A DNA stretch of 64,000 nt, taken from contig OX597815.1 of the NCBI GenBank assembly GCA_951406725.2, positions 70,742,001 to 70,806,000 of the forward strand, written 5' to 3'. This stretch comes from Octopus vulgaris (Eukaryota). Every line of letters begins with the position of its first letter. Within the stretch, counting starts at the first letter, position 1. Position numbers and translations under genes: made by a program. The notes under the pieces were generated by a model. The model was not told where the DNA came from. It searched no databases and was given only the letters and a program-made list of their open reading frames with translations. Positions 49,460-64,000 of this stretch are shown one piece after another.

Positions 49460-50348
49460 CGGATTTCTAGGAATCTAATGGACATCCTAGAAGGGAATAA
49501 GAAGTTGTGACGTAGATTAATTTGTCAAGAGATTTAGTGATATAAGAAAGAAAGGAAATGGTTTCAACACGGTATCTAATTGCGAACTCAGCTTCTCTCG
49601 TTTTATTAACATATACGGTAGTACTCTATTCTGTCATGAAACATGATAAACAAATAACTACCTAAGGAATATCGTCCAGTCGTCACTAGTAAGCGAGTAT
49701 GAAGTGGTGGCTTATACCACCTTTTCGCTAATTGTTTTGGGTGCTTGTGTAGTCGCCAGTGGGACATGGAGCATGTGACAGCGTGGGGGGGGGGAGAGTG
49801 TGGGGGGAAAGATATACTAGCAGGTCAGGTCGGTTGGTACTCATTTACAGCTGAGGAAACTGGAGCAACGGAAAATGAGGTGCCTTGCTCAAGAACAATA
49901 CGTGATACCCAATCTAAGAATCGAACCACGGCCTTACAATCATAATTCCAACATCTCTATCCACTAGGCCACGGTATCTTCATACCAAACAACTCTTCTG
50001 AATTAAAGTGATCTAATTTTATACAGACAGGCGAAGCAGTTTGGTGTATCAACACTTCGATTGTCGCTTATAAGATCTTCAGAATGTCACAAACAACCAT
50101 AATCGGATCTTCCTATACCACACAAACGATAAATTTCCTGCTGCAGTGAGGGAATTTTCCGAGAACGCAAAATTGGTTTCGATTCCCAGAGAAGACGGTC
50201 AGTTTATTTAAACTATTAGGATCTTTTATGAAACACGTCAATGATAGAAGTGGTGGCTAGGAGTAAGTCGATACCATCGACTCCAGTACTTGACTCTGAA
50301 AGGATTTTACTGACTCTGAAAGGATAAAAAGTATAGTCGACCTCAGCG

Positions 50349-50404
<56 letters not shown>

Positions 50405-51223
50405 GCACAGATACACGCACACGCACACACATACACACATGTAATACACAAACACACACGCATACACGTACACGCCCAAATGCGCACGCACGCGCACATA
50501 CGCACATACTAACAAACACATATGTACACGCACACACATGCACGATCACACGCATACACACATACACTCATGCACGTACAAACACACATTCACATCTTAA
50601 TAATACTAAAACTCTAGAGATGTTTGTGTGTACCCAAAATATCTCCGAAATAGTATATTTTATCTTAATTTTTTTTTGCATATTTATTTTCATACTTACC
50701 TTCGGCAGTGCCGTATAAATTTTTGTGATATCTGGACCTCTATTTATTAATGAAAACGATTAAACATAATTTTGTTTGTTATTTCTTGATGAAAAAAAAG
50801 ACATGGTTTCCGTGCCGTCAACACATACTCACATACAAAATACACATACATATAATGAATGTCATGGTTATCAATCAATACAAACATACGTACACAATCT
50901 GTGACAAATACACACATGTAGTCTTCGTGTTCTCTGAGAAGAAAAGAAAACGTCGACTTTTTGACGTACACAATATTTTAATCATTTAGAAATATTTTTA
51001 ACTGAATGTGATTTCAAAAATGTAAGTTGCTTGTACAATAAGTATTTTGTATTTTAGCTTTCTTTAAACAGACAATATTTTAATGTTTTTTAAAAATTAT
51101 TTTGAAGTGAATGGCGATATTTCACTTGTCATCCGAAGTTCGTTAATTTCCGTAAAATTTATTTATTTATTTAGTTTTGTTCTAAAGTGAGAGGAGAAAG
51201 TTTGAAAGAGAGAAAGGAAGAGA

Positions 51224-51276
<53 letters not shown>

Positions 51277-52967
51277 TGAGTGAGTGAACGTGTGTGTTCT
51301 CATATATGTGTAAGTGGAACTCCCTCTCCCTCTCACAGACATATACATAGACACACACACGTCCATTTCATTTACACGTGCATACATCTTTCACATTCTC
51401 CTCTCTTTCACTTTAAAAAGAAAAGTAAATAAAAATTTTTTACGAAAATTAACGAAGAAAACCAGCTGATCCGGACGACAGTTCTGAGAGTCAAAGTGAC
51501 TGTTCTGAGAGTCAAAGCGAAAGATCGCCCAAGGAAATACCGTTGCAAGAATTTTTTGGAGTACATTCAACGTATCTCAGCTCCAAAGATTTGGCTGCTA
51601 TTTCTAGCACACCCTAATACCACATAACAGCTATTTGCGACGAAGGACCCGACATACCTGTTATGTGGTAGCAGGATGTGCAAGAAATAGCAGCCAAATC
51701 TCTCCTTTTCTAGGAAAAAAGCCGTTTACGCGTGGCTTCGATGTCACATTCGTTGAAAGCACGCGAAATAAGCTGGAAAAGAAAACAATTCCCACGAAAC
51801 AAAATTCCATTGATGGGAAATTCAAACTTTCCAGGTGACCCAATGGGTCACGGGTAGTCTAGTATACTGGTAAAACTACAGAATCTGCACGAAACAATAA
51901 CCTCATGTACAAAACAGAGCAGGCCACATAGAGAACATATTGGACTCCCTGAATGCGAACAAAATTTCTAAAGCATGGTGTTTTATTGTTTGTAAAATAT
52001 TTTATAAAATATACTATAAAACGATAATTAAGTCAGTTTAATTAGTCCTACTAATCACAGGCTACCTCACTGGACCAGAAAGAATGATTTAAACTATACA
52101 TGTGGAACCCCGAATGTCTACAAAAATTCTAAGGCGTTTTGTTTTATGGCTATTAAATATACCATTGAAAGGTAATTAAATCGGCTTAATTAATCTTAGT
52201 AGTCGCTTATGTAAAATGATGATTTATTTGTAAATTGTGTGATAGCAGTATTGTGTTACTCTGTGGTCCCTTTGATTTTGTTTACTGGATGTCGTTGCTA
52301 ACAGGCATCCTCAACAGATTAGCCTACATGTACGTACGTACGTATGTATGTATGTATGTATGTATGTATGTATGTATGTATGTATGTATGTTATGTCAGG
52401 TCACTTTCGAGTGCTACTGGTAACATGTAACCCAGTACAACCTGTTGCATGGTCGGGTCGTCGGCGACTAAACCGGCAACCCCACCAAGCTTGCTTGGTG
52501 AGGAGGGTGTTTATTGGACACCCTGCGGGATGAAAAACAAAACCCATCAAAGGCGGAGGAACTCTTGTGAGTCAACGGCCATCCAATAAATGTCTTAAGG
52601 CTATATCATGCGCGGGAACATACAAATAATCGGACTGAATACCCGATCGCGCGGTTAAACCATTGGGAGTGAAGGACTCCTTGCCTTTGTTAGGGCATCC
52701 TTCTAGGAGAAGGTAACTCAGGTAACTGGGATAACTCCGAGATAAAACCTGCGGCTCAGTGGTTACCGATGATGTTGACTTGTTCTTCTTTTCGGATTAT
52801 GGCTGCTGTTGCTTAGTGAGTGGGATTGACTCAGTGCACAGCCTTTCCTCACTTTAAAAAAAATCTTCTTGCACAGGCATTGCACGATAACAACATTGAT
52901 TAAGCTTCGTGCAATGGCCATACTCGATAACGAGGGGGCAGCCACCATGTATGTTTGTATGTATGTA

Positions 52968-53235
52968 TTCTTTTATTTATTTGCTTGTTTCTGTCATTTG
53001 GCTGCAGCCATGCTGGGGCACCACTTTGAAGGGTTTTAGTCGAACAAATTGACCTCAGGGCTTATGTTTTAAAGCTTGGTATTTATTCTATCGGTCACTC
53101 TTTGCCGAACCGTTAAGTTACGGGAACGTAAACACACCAACACCGGTTGTCAAACAGTAGTGGAGGGACAAACACAGACATATAAAGACACACGCACACA
53201 CACACACATACACACACACACACGCACACACACAC

Positions 53236-53294
<59 letters not shown>

Positions 53295-53452
53295 CGACGT
53301 GCTTCTTTCAGTTTATGTCTACCAAATCCACTCACAAGGCTTTGGTCGGTTCGTGACTATAGTAGAAGACACTTGCCCAAGATGCCACGCAGTGGGACTG
53401 AACCCGGAACCATGTGGTTGGGAAGTAAACTTCTTACCACACAGCCACGCCT
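52968..53452 (-). mobile_element. OR-like SINE, full length with internal (CA)n
   Basis: Reverse complement of the 60464-60922 copy. Confidence 0.8.
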
Positions 53453-53559
53453 ACACACACACGTTTATTGGTGTTGAAGGTTTAAGTTTTTCCCAGTTCG
53501 GTAAGCTGAAAAAAGTTTTTTTATAGCTCACGGTTAGCAACAAGGGTTGTTATGTATGC

Positions 53560-56335
53560 GAATAAAAGTACAAATTGAAGGAATGGAGCAGGTAAAATCC
53601 AGGTTACATAATACGCCTAGGTAGCAGAACTTCGTAGATAATAATTACTCAACAATGGGTGGACTAGTACTATTCCAGCGTGTATACTATCCTACAAAAC
53701 ACAGCCATCATATTTGCACTAAAATATACTGACCTAACGAGAAGTGATATCGATATTATCCTAGACAGCCCATCGAACTATTGTAAAATTCAATGGAAAA
53801 CTTTGGACCCACAAGGATACCGTTAACTACTTCGACATCCCAATTGGGATGAGAGACTTGACCCAAGTTACCGACCTCGTGGGTTGTTACTTGCTCCATT
53901 GTCTATGGAACCAATTCCCTAATATTTCTGGTGTCTATATAGGGACGACGCTCTATTTGCGATTACGAATTCTAGTAAATGCGAAGTTGAACAACTTAGG
54001 AAAAGAATCAAATATTTTTTTTTAAAACGTGGGACTTAACGTCTCTTCCAGTTCCAATATTAAAACAGCCAATTTCCTAGATGTCACTCTATATTTAGAA
54101 AACAACACATTCAATCCGTACGATAAATCCCGGAGAACCTTAATTACGTTAATTTTTCTTCAAATCACACTCCATCTGTCCTAAAATAAATCGGAAACAG
54201 CGCGTCTTATAGGATCTCCAGTAAAGAAATATTCGAGCAATATGCTGAATATTACAACTCCACCCTATACCGCGTCAGATATAAGAATCCGAATAAGTGC
54301 CTCCCTTTATGGAGTGATCCTTCCCCCACTGAACCTGGTACCACAGATACATCTGCCCTTTTAGATAGAACCCGAGGTATCCCCTATATTCCGCCCACCC
54401 CATATCCCCCCATATTTTAGTAGCTAACGCAATTGGCACTCCTCCCACCCTGTGATTCTGGATCCCAGATCCACCGCTGCCCATCGAAATCCACACCAGC
54501 ACGCACTTCCATAACTCAAGCCACACTCGGACAATCCTCTAAAACAGAATAAGTAGACCAGGAACCAGGACACGTGACGTTATTTGGTTCCACCCCACCC
54601 TTTTGCACTTAATATTCAGATCAGAGTACCAAAGCTTTTCTTTGCTCTACTTGAAAAACATTTCCCTAGGTCCAGTTCTCTTAGCAAAATCTTTAACCCC
54701 ACAATCTATTGCCTGTATAATGCGACGTATGAACAATAAGAAACTAAGTAACCAGCAATTTGTTAACTTTAATCTCGCTAATACAACAGACCCTAACCCC
54801 CATGCCCCTGCCCATAACCCTAGGACATCCTTAAACCTCCTTACCATCACCGACATTTACGCCACCAGTCCTAATCCTAATACTCCACCCAATACCCTTA
54901 ACCAACCTAGCGATCTGGCTATACCCACCACCGAAATAGGCAATGATAGGAATAATATCACTAGACACGAGAACTATTATAAGCTACATTCCCTGGACGA
55001 CACCTTCACCACCCTAAAAAATATCAATCCTAACGCCGCAGCGGATAAGACATATAAAACCGAGTTAGCTCCAGATAATTATAACCCTGTAAACTCCACT
55101 TTTCACAAAACATATTGTATATAAATGTTCGGTGACAACGGAAAATTCCAAGTATACATATATCGGCTCATGCAGCACCACCTTCAAGGTCAGAGTTGGT
55201 AATCACTATTCTAGCTTTAAATCTCAAGCGAGAACTAACAGCACTTGTTTATTTAGGATCATTCATAACCTAAAACGAAACTCAGTTCTATAATTTAAAA
55301 TTGTCCATCGTTACCCATGCCAAATCGTATAACGGTTATAACAACAAATGCGATCTCTGCATCGCAGAAGTCTTATCTCCTATGCAATGCACCGATTGTC
55401 TGAATGAACGGAGCGACCTAATTCTTAAGTGTAAACACAGGTTGTGTAACATATTCTTAAGGTACAAATAATAACGCTCTCCCCAATTATTCCTTAACTA
55501 TTCCTCCACCCCCACTTGAAGCTCTTCCATGTATTTATAACAAACAACTTTTTAGCTACTTTTATATTTTTTGAACCTTGTGATCTCCCTACATCTTCCT
55601 CTCTGCATGTTGGAATATGCAGGCGCGTACGCGCAGATATGTGAATATATAGTTTTAGTGTTAAGTGATTAACCCACTGATTTGCCCTTGACTACTATGT
55701 TCTCCTAATGTCTAGTAACTTTATCTCTTATCTCCCTCTCTTTCTCCCACCTCCTCTCTTCTTCTCTCCTAACAAATCCACCTTACTCCCACTCCTAAAT
55801 ATTTGACCTCTTCCTTTTCTTCTCATTCCTGACAATCTCTTTCTGTCACTCTCTCTCCTTCACTCTTCCTCTCCTGCTCATGTGGCTCCCACGTGACCAT
55901 CGGTCATCTTTCTTTCTTCTCCTGACTTGTATTTCTTTCTTTCTCTCCGTTGTAGCTGAGTCAAGGAAAACGTGTGTTGCCTGTCTCCTGTCCAAGCTTG
56001 ATTTACGCGTTCGCCACCACAACCTCGTTTAGACTTAGCAACGCTTCCTGTTTGTTTTCACTGTCTTGTTTTTTGGGATTCTACACAATCCCAAATTTTT
56101 ATCTAATTTGCTTTGCCGGAGCAACTGTTTTATCGAAGGCGTATATTGGTGTTAAATGCTCGAAATACGAGAGTAGAAACACAGCCAACAACTGATAAAG
56201 GGTCTTTCTTTACGTTGTTTGTCTTGTTTTCCATTTGTTTTTCGTTGTTCGAAAGAGTTCATATTTCATGTACTCGTGCTTCGTATTTTTTGTTGTACAC
56301 GTTTCGTGACGTCCAGTGCCCACATATGCATATAT
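53560..56335 (+). mobile_element. degenerate Penelope-like element (RT plus GIY-YIG endonuclease plus terminal repeat)
   Basis: IPIG, YRDDAL (53938), NFLDVTL, NYVNFSSNHTPSVLK, VIWFHPP, YIGSCSTTFKVRVGNH, KCDLCIAE and LNERSDLILKCKH, with many stops and frameshifts. Confidence 0.88.
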
Positions 56336-56380
56336 ATATATAGGTATAGATGTAAGTATGTACATATACGTATGTATATA

Positions 56381-56419
<39 letters not shown>

Positions 56420-56487
56420 TATATTATATATATATATGTGTACATACGTACATACAAACATAGATACACATGCATACATAGATACAT

Positions 56488-56539
<52 letters not shown>

Positions 56540-56779
56540 TGCATTTCTAAATCTCTCAGAGAGACTTGTACAGTAGCAGCACGATAAAGTGATGGTTGTC
56601 CTGGGACTACTACATTATGTTGGCAACAAACCATCACTTTATGTATGTATGTATGTATGTATGTATGTATGTATGTATGTATGTATGTATGTATGTATGT
56701 ATGTATGTATCGTGTGTATGAGCCTATATTTATTTATTTTATTTCTATTTGATGTCCTTTTATTTTTTACATTTTATCT

Positions 56780-56935
56780 TTATTACCCCCGCCTTCACTA
56801 AGGCGGGGGTATTGTTTTTTAGTCGTGTTTGTTTGTCCGTGGACAAGATATCTCAAGAACCGCCGGATGGATTCGGATGAAACTTTCAGGGATGTTTGGC
56901 CTTGTGGCTGGCTCGAACTGATTAGATTTTGGGAA
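56780..56935 (+). mobile_element. Helentron-associated (DINE/HINE-like) element 5' part
   Basis: TTATTACCCCCGCCTT-CACT-AAGGCGGGGGTA hairpin, then GTTT/GTCC repeats and GGATTCGGATGAAACTTT. Confidence 0.5.
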
Positions 56936-56939
56936 AATA

Positions 56940-57313
56940 AATAGAAGGGAAAGGAGAAGAGAAAGATTAAGAAAGAGAAGAGGAAGTAAAGGAAGAGAAG
57001 AGGAGAAGGAAGAAGAAAAATAAGGGAATGAGACGAGGAGGAAGATAAAGAAGAAAAAGAAGCGGAGGTGAGTAAGAACATGAAGAAGTAGTAGAATAGT
57101 GGAGGGGAAGGGGAAGGAGGAGGAAGAGAGAGTAAGAAAAAGACAAAAGAAAGAGGAGGTGGAAGAAGAGGAAGAAGACGAGAAAGAGGAGGAGTGAGTG
57201 GAAGGAAGAAGAAGAAAAGGAAGTAGTAGAAAAAGAAGAAGAAGAAGAAGAAGAAGAAGAAGAAGAAGAAGAAGAAGAAGAAGAAGAAGAAGAAGAAGGA
57301 GAAGATGAAGAAA
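56940..57313. repeat. ~370-bp polypurine tract ending in (GAA)~21
   Basis: Direct inspection. Confidence 0.9.
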
Positions 57314-58219
57314 AGTTGTGTTGGTTGTCGAGACATAAATGTGGATGGTGTGATGAGTGAAGATGGCTGTTTTTGCACCTCACAAACAAAACTGAAAAGC
57401 GTGAAAAAATTCAATTCAATCCAGTAGTTATTGGTTTCTGCTGACCGAAATCAATCACGCGTGAAATTAAACCAAGCTTTTAAAGAAATCAAAGAAATAT
57501 TCTTAAGTTCAAAGTAGAACGAATGGATAAGTACCAACACATCCATTTGGTAAAATTAGGTTTACATTTTGTCGTTGATCGATAAACCAACCTCCAACAT
57601 GTATCCAATATGTATTTATACACACACACACATACACACGCCCACCTGCATACATACATTACATACACAGTGTTAGCCTGCAACTCGATTTTGGGCAATG
57701 CCATCGCTTGATTTTTTACCCTTAATCATGAGCCACACGTATGTAGCATTTCAGTTCAGCAACACCCTTTTGCATAGATGTAGAAACGATGGGCACCTCT
57801 TGCAACAGGTGTTCACAGAGTTACCACTCACGCTGATACATGCTTTCATTCTATCTTCATCTTCCTTTCATTCATTCTTCTTCATCTTCCTCCTCGTGTT
57901 GAGTGTTTTGCCATTTTCGGCTACGGACAGCCCTAGTATGCTACAAATAACAGAAATGTTAAAAATCAAGCGATGCTCATGCCTGATACTATATAAAGTG
58001 AGGAAAGGGCTTGCACAGGACCAATCTTCCTCTCTAAACAACGTATGATTTTACTCCAAGATGAAGAACTGGTCTACATCATTGGATGTGGATGAAGTTG
58101 CAGGTGATACACCAGTTTTTCTTCTAGTGGGATATCTAAATAAGGATTAGGAGTCTCTCACTCCGAGCTCTTGGGTGTCTGTTGACTAATAATATGTCAC
58201 CCTGTATACTCTTGTACCA

Positions 58220-59300
58220 TTGGGATTGGTCTGGTAAATATTGAATGTCATTTTTGGGAACTAGAATGGCGTGTTCAGAAAGCCAGTCACAGCTTCTATA
58301 ATACTGTGAAAGGCTAGGATAAACTTCTAATCATATTTCTTGAAATGTGTTGATAATTGCTCCACAGTGGAATCTCCATTGCATGTATTATCTGGTAACT
58401 GATCATAGTTCATTTGAAGCAAAACTGGGTTGCTGTGGCATTTCTATTAAGTGTATTCGTCTCTTACAATGGTAGAAGGATGACATTTTTAACACTCAGT
58501 TATACCCTCAACTCATAACAGATGTACTTTGCCTGAAATTGTCAGAAAGTTCGACTGTGACTCAATACACGATATTAGTGTTTCTTCTGAGATCTTGTAA
58601 GGTGTGACCAGGAAGTCTATTAGACATTATGTAGTTGTGTGGACACCCTACAGTTTCAAATCGGCCTGTTTCCGAACCCTCTGTGGATTCTGTGCCAGTA
58701 TTGTACTCAAGACATTGTGCTTGATTGAATGTTAGTTTAAAGGAAGAATGAGTAGTTCAACCACTTGAAAACAAAGTTGCAGAAATTCCAGGCAATGTCA
58801 TTGCAATAGTAATCTTATGGTACAAATGAGCTTTTCACCAAAATTGAGTTAACCAAAAAAGTTTTACCTATACAACCAGAAACAACAAGTAAACCATTTC
58901 ACTTGAGTTAGATGTCACCAATTTTTCGATCCTTGTACAAGTTTTTATTATTATCTAGAACCAATAGTAATTCATTTTGGAAAATATGCTGCCCTAGTTA
59001 TTAAGTATAATAGCCCGAAAAATCTATTAATTGGGAATTGCAACTTCAGTTTGTACCGGAGCTAGCAGTCCCCACTGTGAAAGATTCTTGCCAGTCATGG
59101 ACTGTACAGTATTTTTAATGAGCATCAGTGTTTGGTTGTGTAGCAGAGGTATACTTGTACTGTGTTTTTTCTTTTATTCTTGTTTGCTTTCTGCAGCATG
59201 TCTTCTGTCATACTGTCCTCGAGATTATGACTAAGCATTGCATGGTTAACTACCAAAGCTAATAATAGCAAAGATACTCTTCTTGCCTGGAGAATTCATT
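58220..59300 (-). mobile_element. Helitron Pif1-family helicase remnant, heavily decayed
   Basis: Minus strand, in the expected order: DSMTEDML, GCIGKTFLVN (Walker A), GISATLFSSG*TTHSSFKL, SDNFRQSTSV (GDFRQ) and DWLSEHAILVPKND. Confidence 0.75.
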
Positions 59301-60463
59301 AGTGCAGTTTCTTCCAAGGTTCCATTCTGTGTCATCTTCTGAGAAGCTTCTTCCCTGGCAAACTTCCCGGTATTTTTCACAGGCATATCCAGCAACTCTT
59401 CTGAGATCCTGGAATGCGATTGAACAACATTAAGGGTTCTAACCTTGTCTCCGAGAGTAATTTGATCGACTATTGATTTTTAAATGTGTGTATTTGTGTG
59501 TACGCGCGCATGTATCTCCCCCTCTCTCTCTATATATATATACCATTCTACCACACACATACGAAATTGTAGCTATATAAGTTAAACTGATTCTACACTT
59601 GAAACTGATTTTCTATATACAATTGAAACGCATTCTAGCTGAATTAAAACATCAAACGAAATAGGTGGCGAAACTATTTCATATTTTCATCTGTATCTAT
59701 TTTATTGTAGTTGTTTGTGTTTATACATATATACATATATATTTCAATATCATATTATAACTCAACTTCGATATTATAATTTTATTTTTCAAAATATTAG
59801 TTTGCTTACATTGCTAATGCTTCTGTAAGTCAGTCTATTTTTTTTATATCTAAAAAATAGTTTTTATTTCCTTTTGTGTGTGTAAACACTGTGATATCGT
59901 TTCACTTCAATAATTCCCTTTTCACACGTTATTTCCCCTATTTAAACTCGTTCAATATTACTATTTTCTTTCTCTGTTTAAACTTTTTTTCATTTTCCTT
60001 CTCTGTATTGTTTTTCAATTCGGTGAAACTATTTTATGTTTCAAACTCGCTAAATTTTGACATATGCATTGTATCTCTGCGACATTTATACGTCTTCTTT
60101 TTCTTCCTCACTCTCTTCCTTGGTTTGTTCTCAAACTTAAATGTATTCAAATCTAATTTGATACAGGTTTTATAACATTTTTCTCTTTCACAACACTACA
60201 TTTTTAGAAACTTCTAACTCTGTAATGAGCTGAGACTTGATTCAGCTGAACCGTGAAGAATGCATTCATACATCCACGTACTTCGCAACATCCTCCCCAC
60301 TCACACCTGCTGGACCCTATGGTACTTGAAGCCAGTTGACTTATTGGTGACTCGTTAGTTCTATAATACTTCTTGGCAGTAGGCATGCTTTTTCTCCAGA
60401 CATACAAGTAACAGATAGGCAAATAACTGAAATCACTTTTTAAGGAATGTTCCTCCACTTCCC

Positions 60464-60620
60464 AGGCGTGGTTATGTGGTAAGAAGCTTACTCCCCAACC
60501 ACATGGTTCCGAGTTCAGTCCCACTAAGTGACAACTTGGGCAAGTGTCTTCTACTATAGCCTTGGGCTGACCAAAGCCTTGTGAATGGATTTGGTAGACG
60601 GAAACTGAAAGAAGCTTGTC

Positions 60621-60696
<76 letters not shown>

Positions 60697-60922
60697 GTGT
60701 GTGTCTTTGTATCTGTGTTTATCCCCGCCATCATTTAACAACCGATGTTGGTGTGTTTACGATCCCGTAACTTAGCGGTTCGGCTAAAGAGACCGATAGA
60801 ATAAGTACTAGGCTTACAAAGAATAAGTCTCGGGGTTGATTTCTTCGACTAAAAAACCCTTTAAGGCGGTATTCCAGCATGACGGCATTCAAATACTGAA
60901 GCAAGCAAGTAAAAGAATAAAA
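60464..60922 (+). mobile_element. OR-like SINE with internal (TA)n
   Basis: GGCGTGGTTATGTGGTAAGAAGCTT...GAGTTCAGTCCCACT...GAGACCGATAGAATAAGTACTAGGC...AAAAGAATAAAA. Confidence 0.85.
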
Positions 60923-61212
60923 GGAAGTCCCTCAAACATTTCATTCATAGTTCCGATGCTGCAGTTCAGAAAAGGCCTATAATTGACGTACAGCCTCTGA
61001 TCCAGTGTTTTAGGCTCCATTTACACACACCGCATAAGTGCAATCTGTTCGGAAGACACGATCAAAAAAGAGGAAAAGCAAACAAGTGGGCAGTTTTGAG
61101 AGGAGTTTTGCGTGCCAAATACAGTTGATGTACTGCTGTCGAGGGCAACACCACTACTTTCACTAAATATCTCGAAACATACATGTGATATAAGAAGGTA
61201 GATCTCCAGTAA

Positions 61213-61282
<70 letters not shown>

Positions 61283-61364
61283 GTTTGAGGGATTTTAGGC
61301 TAGAATTTGAACTCGGATAGCCTTAATCACTCGGCCAATTTGCTAATTCTTTAAAATAAATCTT

Positions 61365-61752
61365 TTTAATCTTTGGCGCAAGCCAGTAATTTTAAAGGGG
61401 AGTGGCAAGCCAATTACATCGAAACCAGTACTTGAATAATACTTTATTTTAACGGTCCCGAAAAGATGGGAAGCAAAGATGACCGGAAGAAATATTATTA
61501 AACATTTTGTCCGACATGCTAACGATACTACCAGATTATCGCCTTAAATATTTATAAAATAATTCTATCTATCATAGGGTACAAGGCCTGAATTTTTGGG
61601 AGAGGGAGCTAGTTGATTACATCGACCCCAGTGCTGAACTGATACTTATTTCATCGACCCCGGTGCCATGTGAACTTAGAAGGACGTAAATACGGATGAA
61701 ATTCAGCAAAGCATTTTGTCCGGCGTGCTAACGATTCTGCCAGCTCACTGAT
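61365..61752 (-). mobile_element. two decayed OK-like SINEs in tandem
   Basis: ATTACATCGA.CCCAGT...TTTGTCCG.C.TGCTAACGAT occurs at ~61410-61545 and ~61615-61750. Confidence 0.6.
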
Positions 61753-61837
61753 TTTAATATATATAAAAATAATACACAGCAACACTGCCCTCTTTTCACT
61801 ACTTCTATAATGTAATTTATCATATCATTTATATATT

Positions 61838-62055
61838 CGAGAGGTTGCTGGAAAGTTGCTGCTTTAAGAGTAGTGCCAAGGGCCTGGTTGGAGGCCCAAC
61901 TTTCCTAGTTCTTTCACAGGGCTTAGAAAAACTGAGGGACCGCTGCAATAAGTGTGTGAATCTGTGAGAAGAATATGCTGAATAAAATCATAATTAACTG
62001 ATATTCCTGTACTTTCTTTTACCCCAAAGCCAAGAACTTTTCAGCGCCCCCTCCT
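61838..62055 (+). mobile_element. internally deleted mariner (MITE)
   Basis: Ends CGAGAGGTTGCTGGAAAGTT / AACTTTTCAGCGCCCCCTCC-TA. Retains GLEKLRDRCNKCVNL*EEYAE*. Confidence 0.65.
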
Positions 62056-62300
62056 ATGTTGTTTAGCAGTCTTTCGCTTGCAAGTGTGTCTTTGGTTTTT
62101 GTTTCGTCTTCATTCTCATTCAGTTATATAAACCACTATGTTATATCCAGCATTATATCATATTCACTAGTAAATTATATAACAATTATGTAATTATATA
62201 CAATTATATATACCCCACTAAATTAGACATCATTTCATAATCATAATTCAGAAATGCATTATCGTAAATTTAATATCTTTGTCAGTAAAAATATAATTGT

Positions 62301-62301
<1 letters not shown>

Positions 62302-62387
<86 letters not shown>

Positions 62388-62484
62388 CCTACCTACCTAC
62401 CTACCTACCTACCTATCTACCTATCTATCTATCTATCTATCTATCTACCTACCTACCTACCTACCTACCTACCTACCTACCTAC

Positions 62485-62558
<74 letters not shown>
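62302..62558. repeat. compound (TATC)n/(TACC)n microsatellite
   Basis: Direct inspection. Other large microsatellite fields at 24040-24240, 25050-25400, 39555-39631, 40920-41060, 42215-42310, 50355-50590, 56330-56710 and 61215-61278. Confidence 0.95.
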
Positions 62559-63814
62559 GCCAATCTATGTATGTACGTACATATGTATGTATGCGTGTGT
62601 ATGTGTGTGTATGTGTATATGTATGAGACTGTGTACATATGTTTGTGAGCGTGCGCGCGCATGTGCATGAATGTGTCAAGTGAATGTCAGTTTTGCTGAT
62701 TTTGAGGTCGTTTCGACACACCAGCGATATACGACTGTAAACTGATGACGTCACGATAGACATATGGGCGGAATATGAAATACGAAACTGATGACGACTT
62801 AATACACGTACAGTACAACATATAATATAATCGAGTCAGCATTATTATCAGCAGGATAATACACACTGGTTTCGAATGACCAGTTAAATAAACTACGCGA
62901 GAGAACCCAACGGCAATGCCTGAGGGTAGAATGTCTATCCTCAAGTACATGAAACCTGGAACAGCAGCGAGTGCAGAATAACCAGACAAGCTAATGAACT
63001 TGAAGGCTTGACAGTGGTATGTGAAATGCTAAATTGTCAGAACTGGTCAAGGCAGAAATCGACATCTATTAGTCTTCGTGAAAGAGATTGGGGCCTCATC
63101 AAGTATTATCCCAGAGAAATGCCAATAATGATCCCAGTAGAAGCAACCGGTAATGGAACTTGCGAGTCTTAGCAAGCCGACTTCTGGGCACTTGGAAGGC
63201 ATCTGGCTGACGGCTGATCATACAGTGTTGAATTAATCACATTATAGCGATACCTCTTATCATTTTGTTTCTCATTTCATCTTTGTTGTTACATCTAAGC
63301 GTCAAGGCACGTAACTTAGGTATTATGACTTCCAGCTCATGATCGTAACCGAGCCGGTTATATATATATATATATATAGAATAAAACTTTATATATAAAG
63401 AACGTGAAATTCACGAATTGACGAACACGGAAAACAGACAGTCATTCAGAGCCTTCATTCTTCAGTCAGAAACCGATTCATCATGGCAAATTTCGGCTGT
63501 TTAATTCTGAGATTTGCTCCAAAACGGCCAGCCCCAAGGAAAAGCTAAGCTATGGGCATTATATTTCCTTGGTAGAAGGAAAGAATGTGACAACAGAGAC
63601 GAATAGGAAAACAAGAGACGAAGATAAAATTGGAAACAGTAACGAATAAAAACAGGAATGATACGACTAGCAATTTAATAGAGGTCACTAAAGTGACAGG
63701 GGGTACAAATTAGTACCTTCTGTCTACATTTATATCTTCGTCTGTTCTATACCTTGTATGCATTTGATTCATATATTACGCTTTCTGTACTTTTAATAGA
63801 GATATTGTCTAATG

Positions 63815-63988
63815 TAGGTATAGGCAACCTTTTTCGAAAAGTGGGTCGCACGTCACATGGTTTATCATCAGGCGGGCTGCATTACTAAAAAAAAAAATAA
63901 AAAAAAAAAAAAGAAAAGAAAATTAAAGGTAATTTTTCATCGGCGTGCCATTCAGAAAGTCTCGCAGACCGCAGTTTACTCATGACTA
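63815..63988. mobile_element. decayed hAT-type MITE
   Basis: TAGGTATAGGCAACC ... GCGGGCTGCA ... GACCGCAGTTTACTCATG. Confidence 0.4.
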
Positions 63989-64000
63989 ATGTATTTGTCG

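Noticed and set aside
62700-62800. Two AAACTGATGACG motifs suggesting a hammerhead or C/D-box RNA
   Set aside because: No GAAA follows a stem II and no closing stems could be built.

Overview
AT-rich, repeat-dominated eukaryotic DNA, most likely an octopod cephalopod. This is inferred from two abundant tRNA-derived SINE families of the octopus OK/OR type, TTAGGG-like repeats and very dense microsatellites. Only one intact protein-coding gene is supported: an intronless, divergent linker histone H1 (26725-27303, +) with AC box and TATA box but no 3' stem-loop. Two further H1 derivatives are near-complementary. The first is a paralog inside an old ~4 kb duplication (851-1048) whose winged-helix domain was deleted in frame, leaving an open 65-aa basic 'tail-only' ORF. 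The second is an isolated winged-helix segment of a different H1 paralog (37186-37372) inserted antisense inside a mariner transposase. The rest is transposon debris: mariner x3, piggyBac, GG-terminal Merlin-type MITEs (several carrying telomere-like repeats, one an 830-bp foldback), Helitrons, hAT and pogo MITEs, Penelope, RTE, CR1 and Tx1 fragments, and several hammerhead-ribozyme-like motifs. All alignments were done by eye, so boundaries of degenerate elements are approximate.
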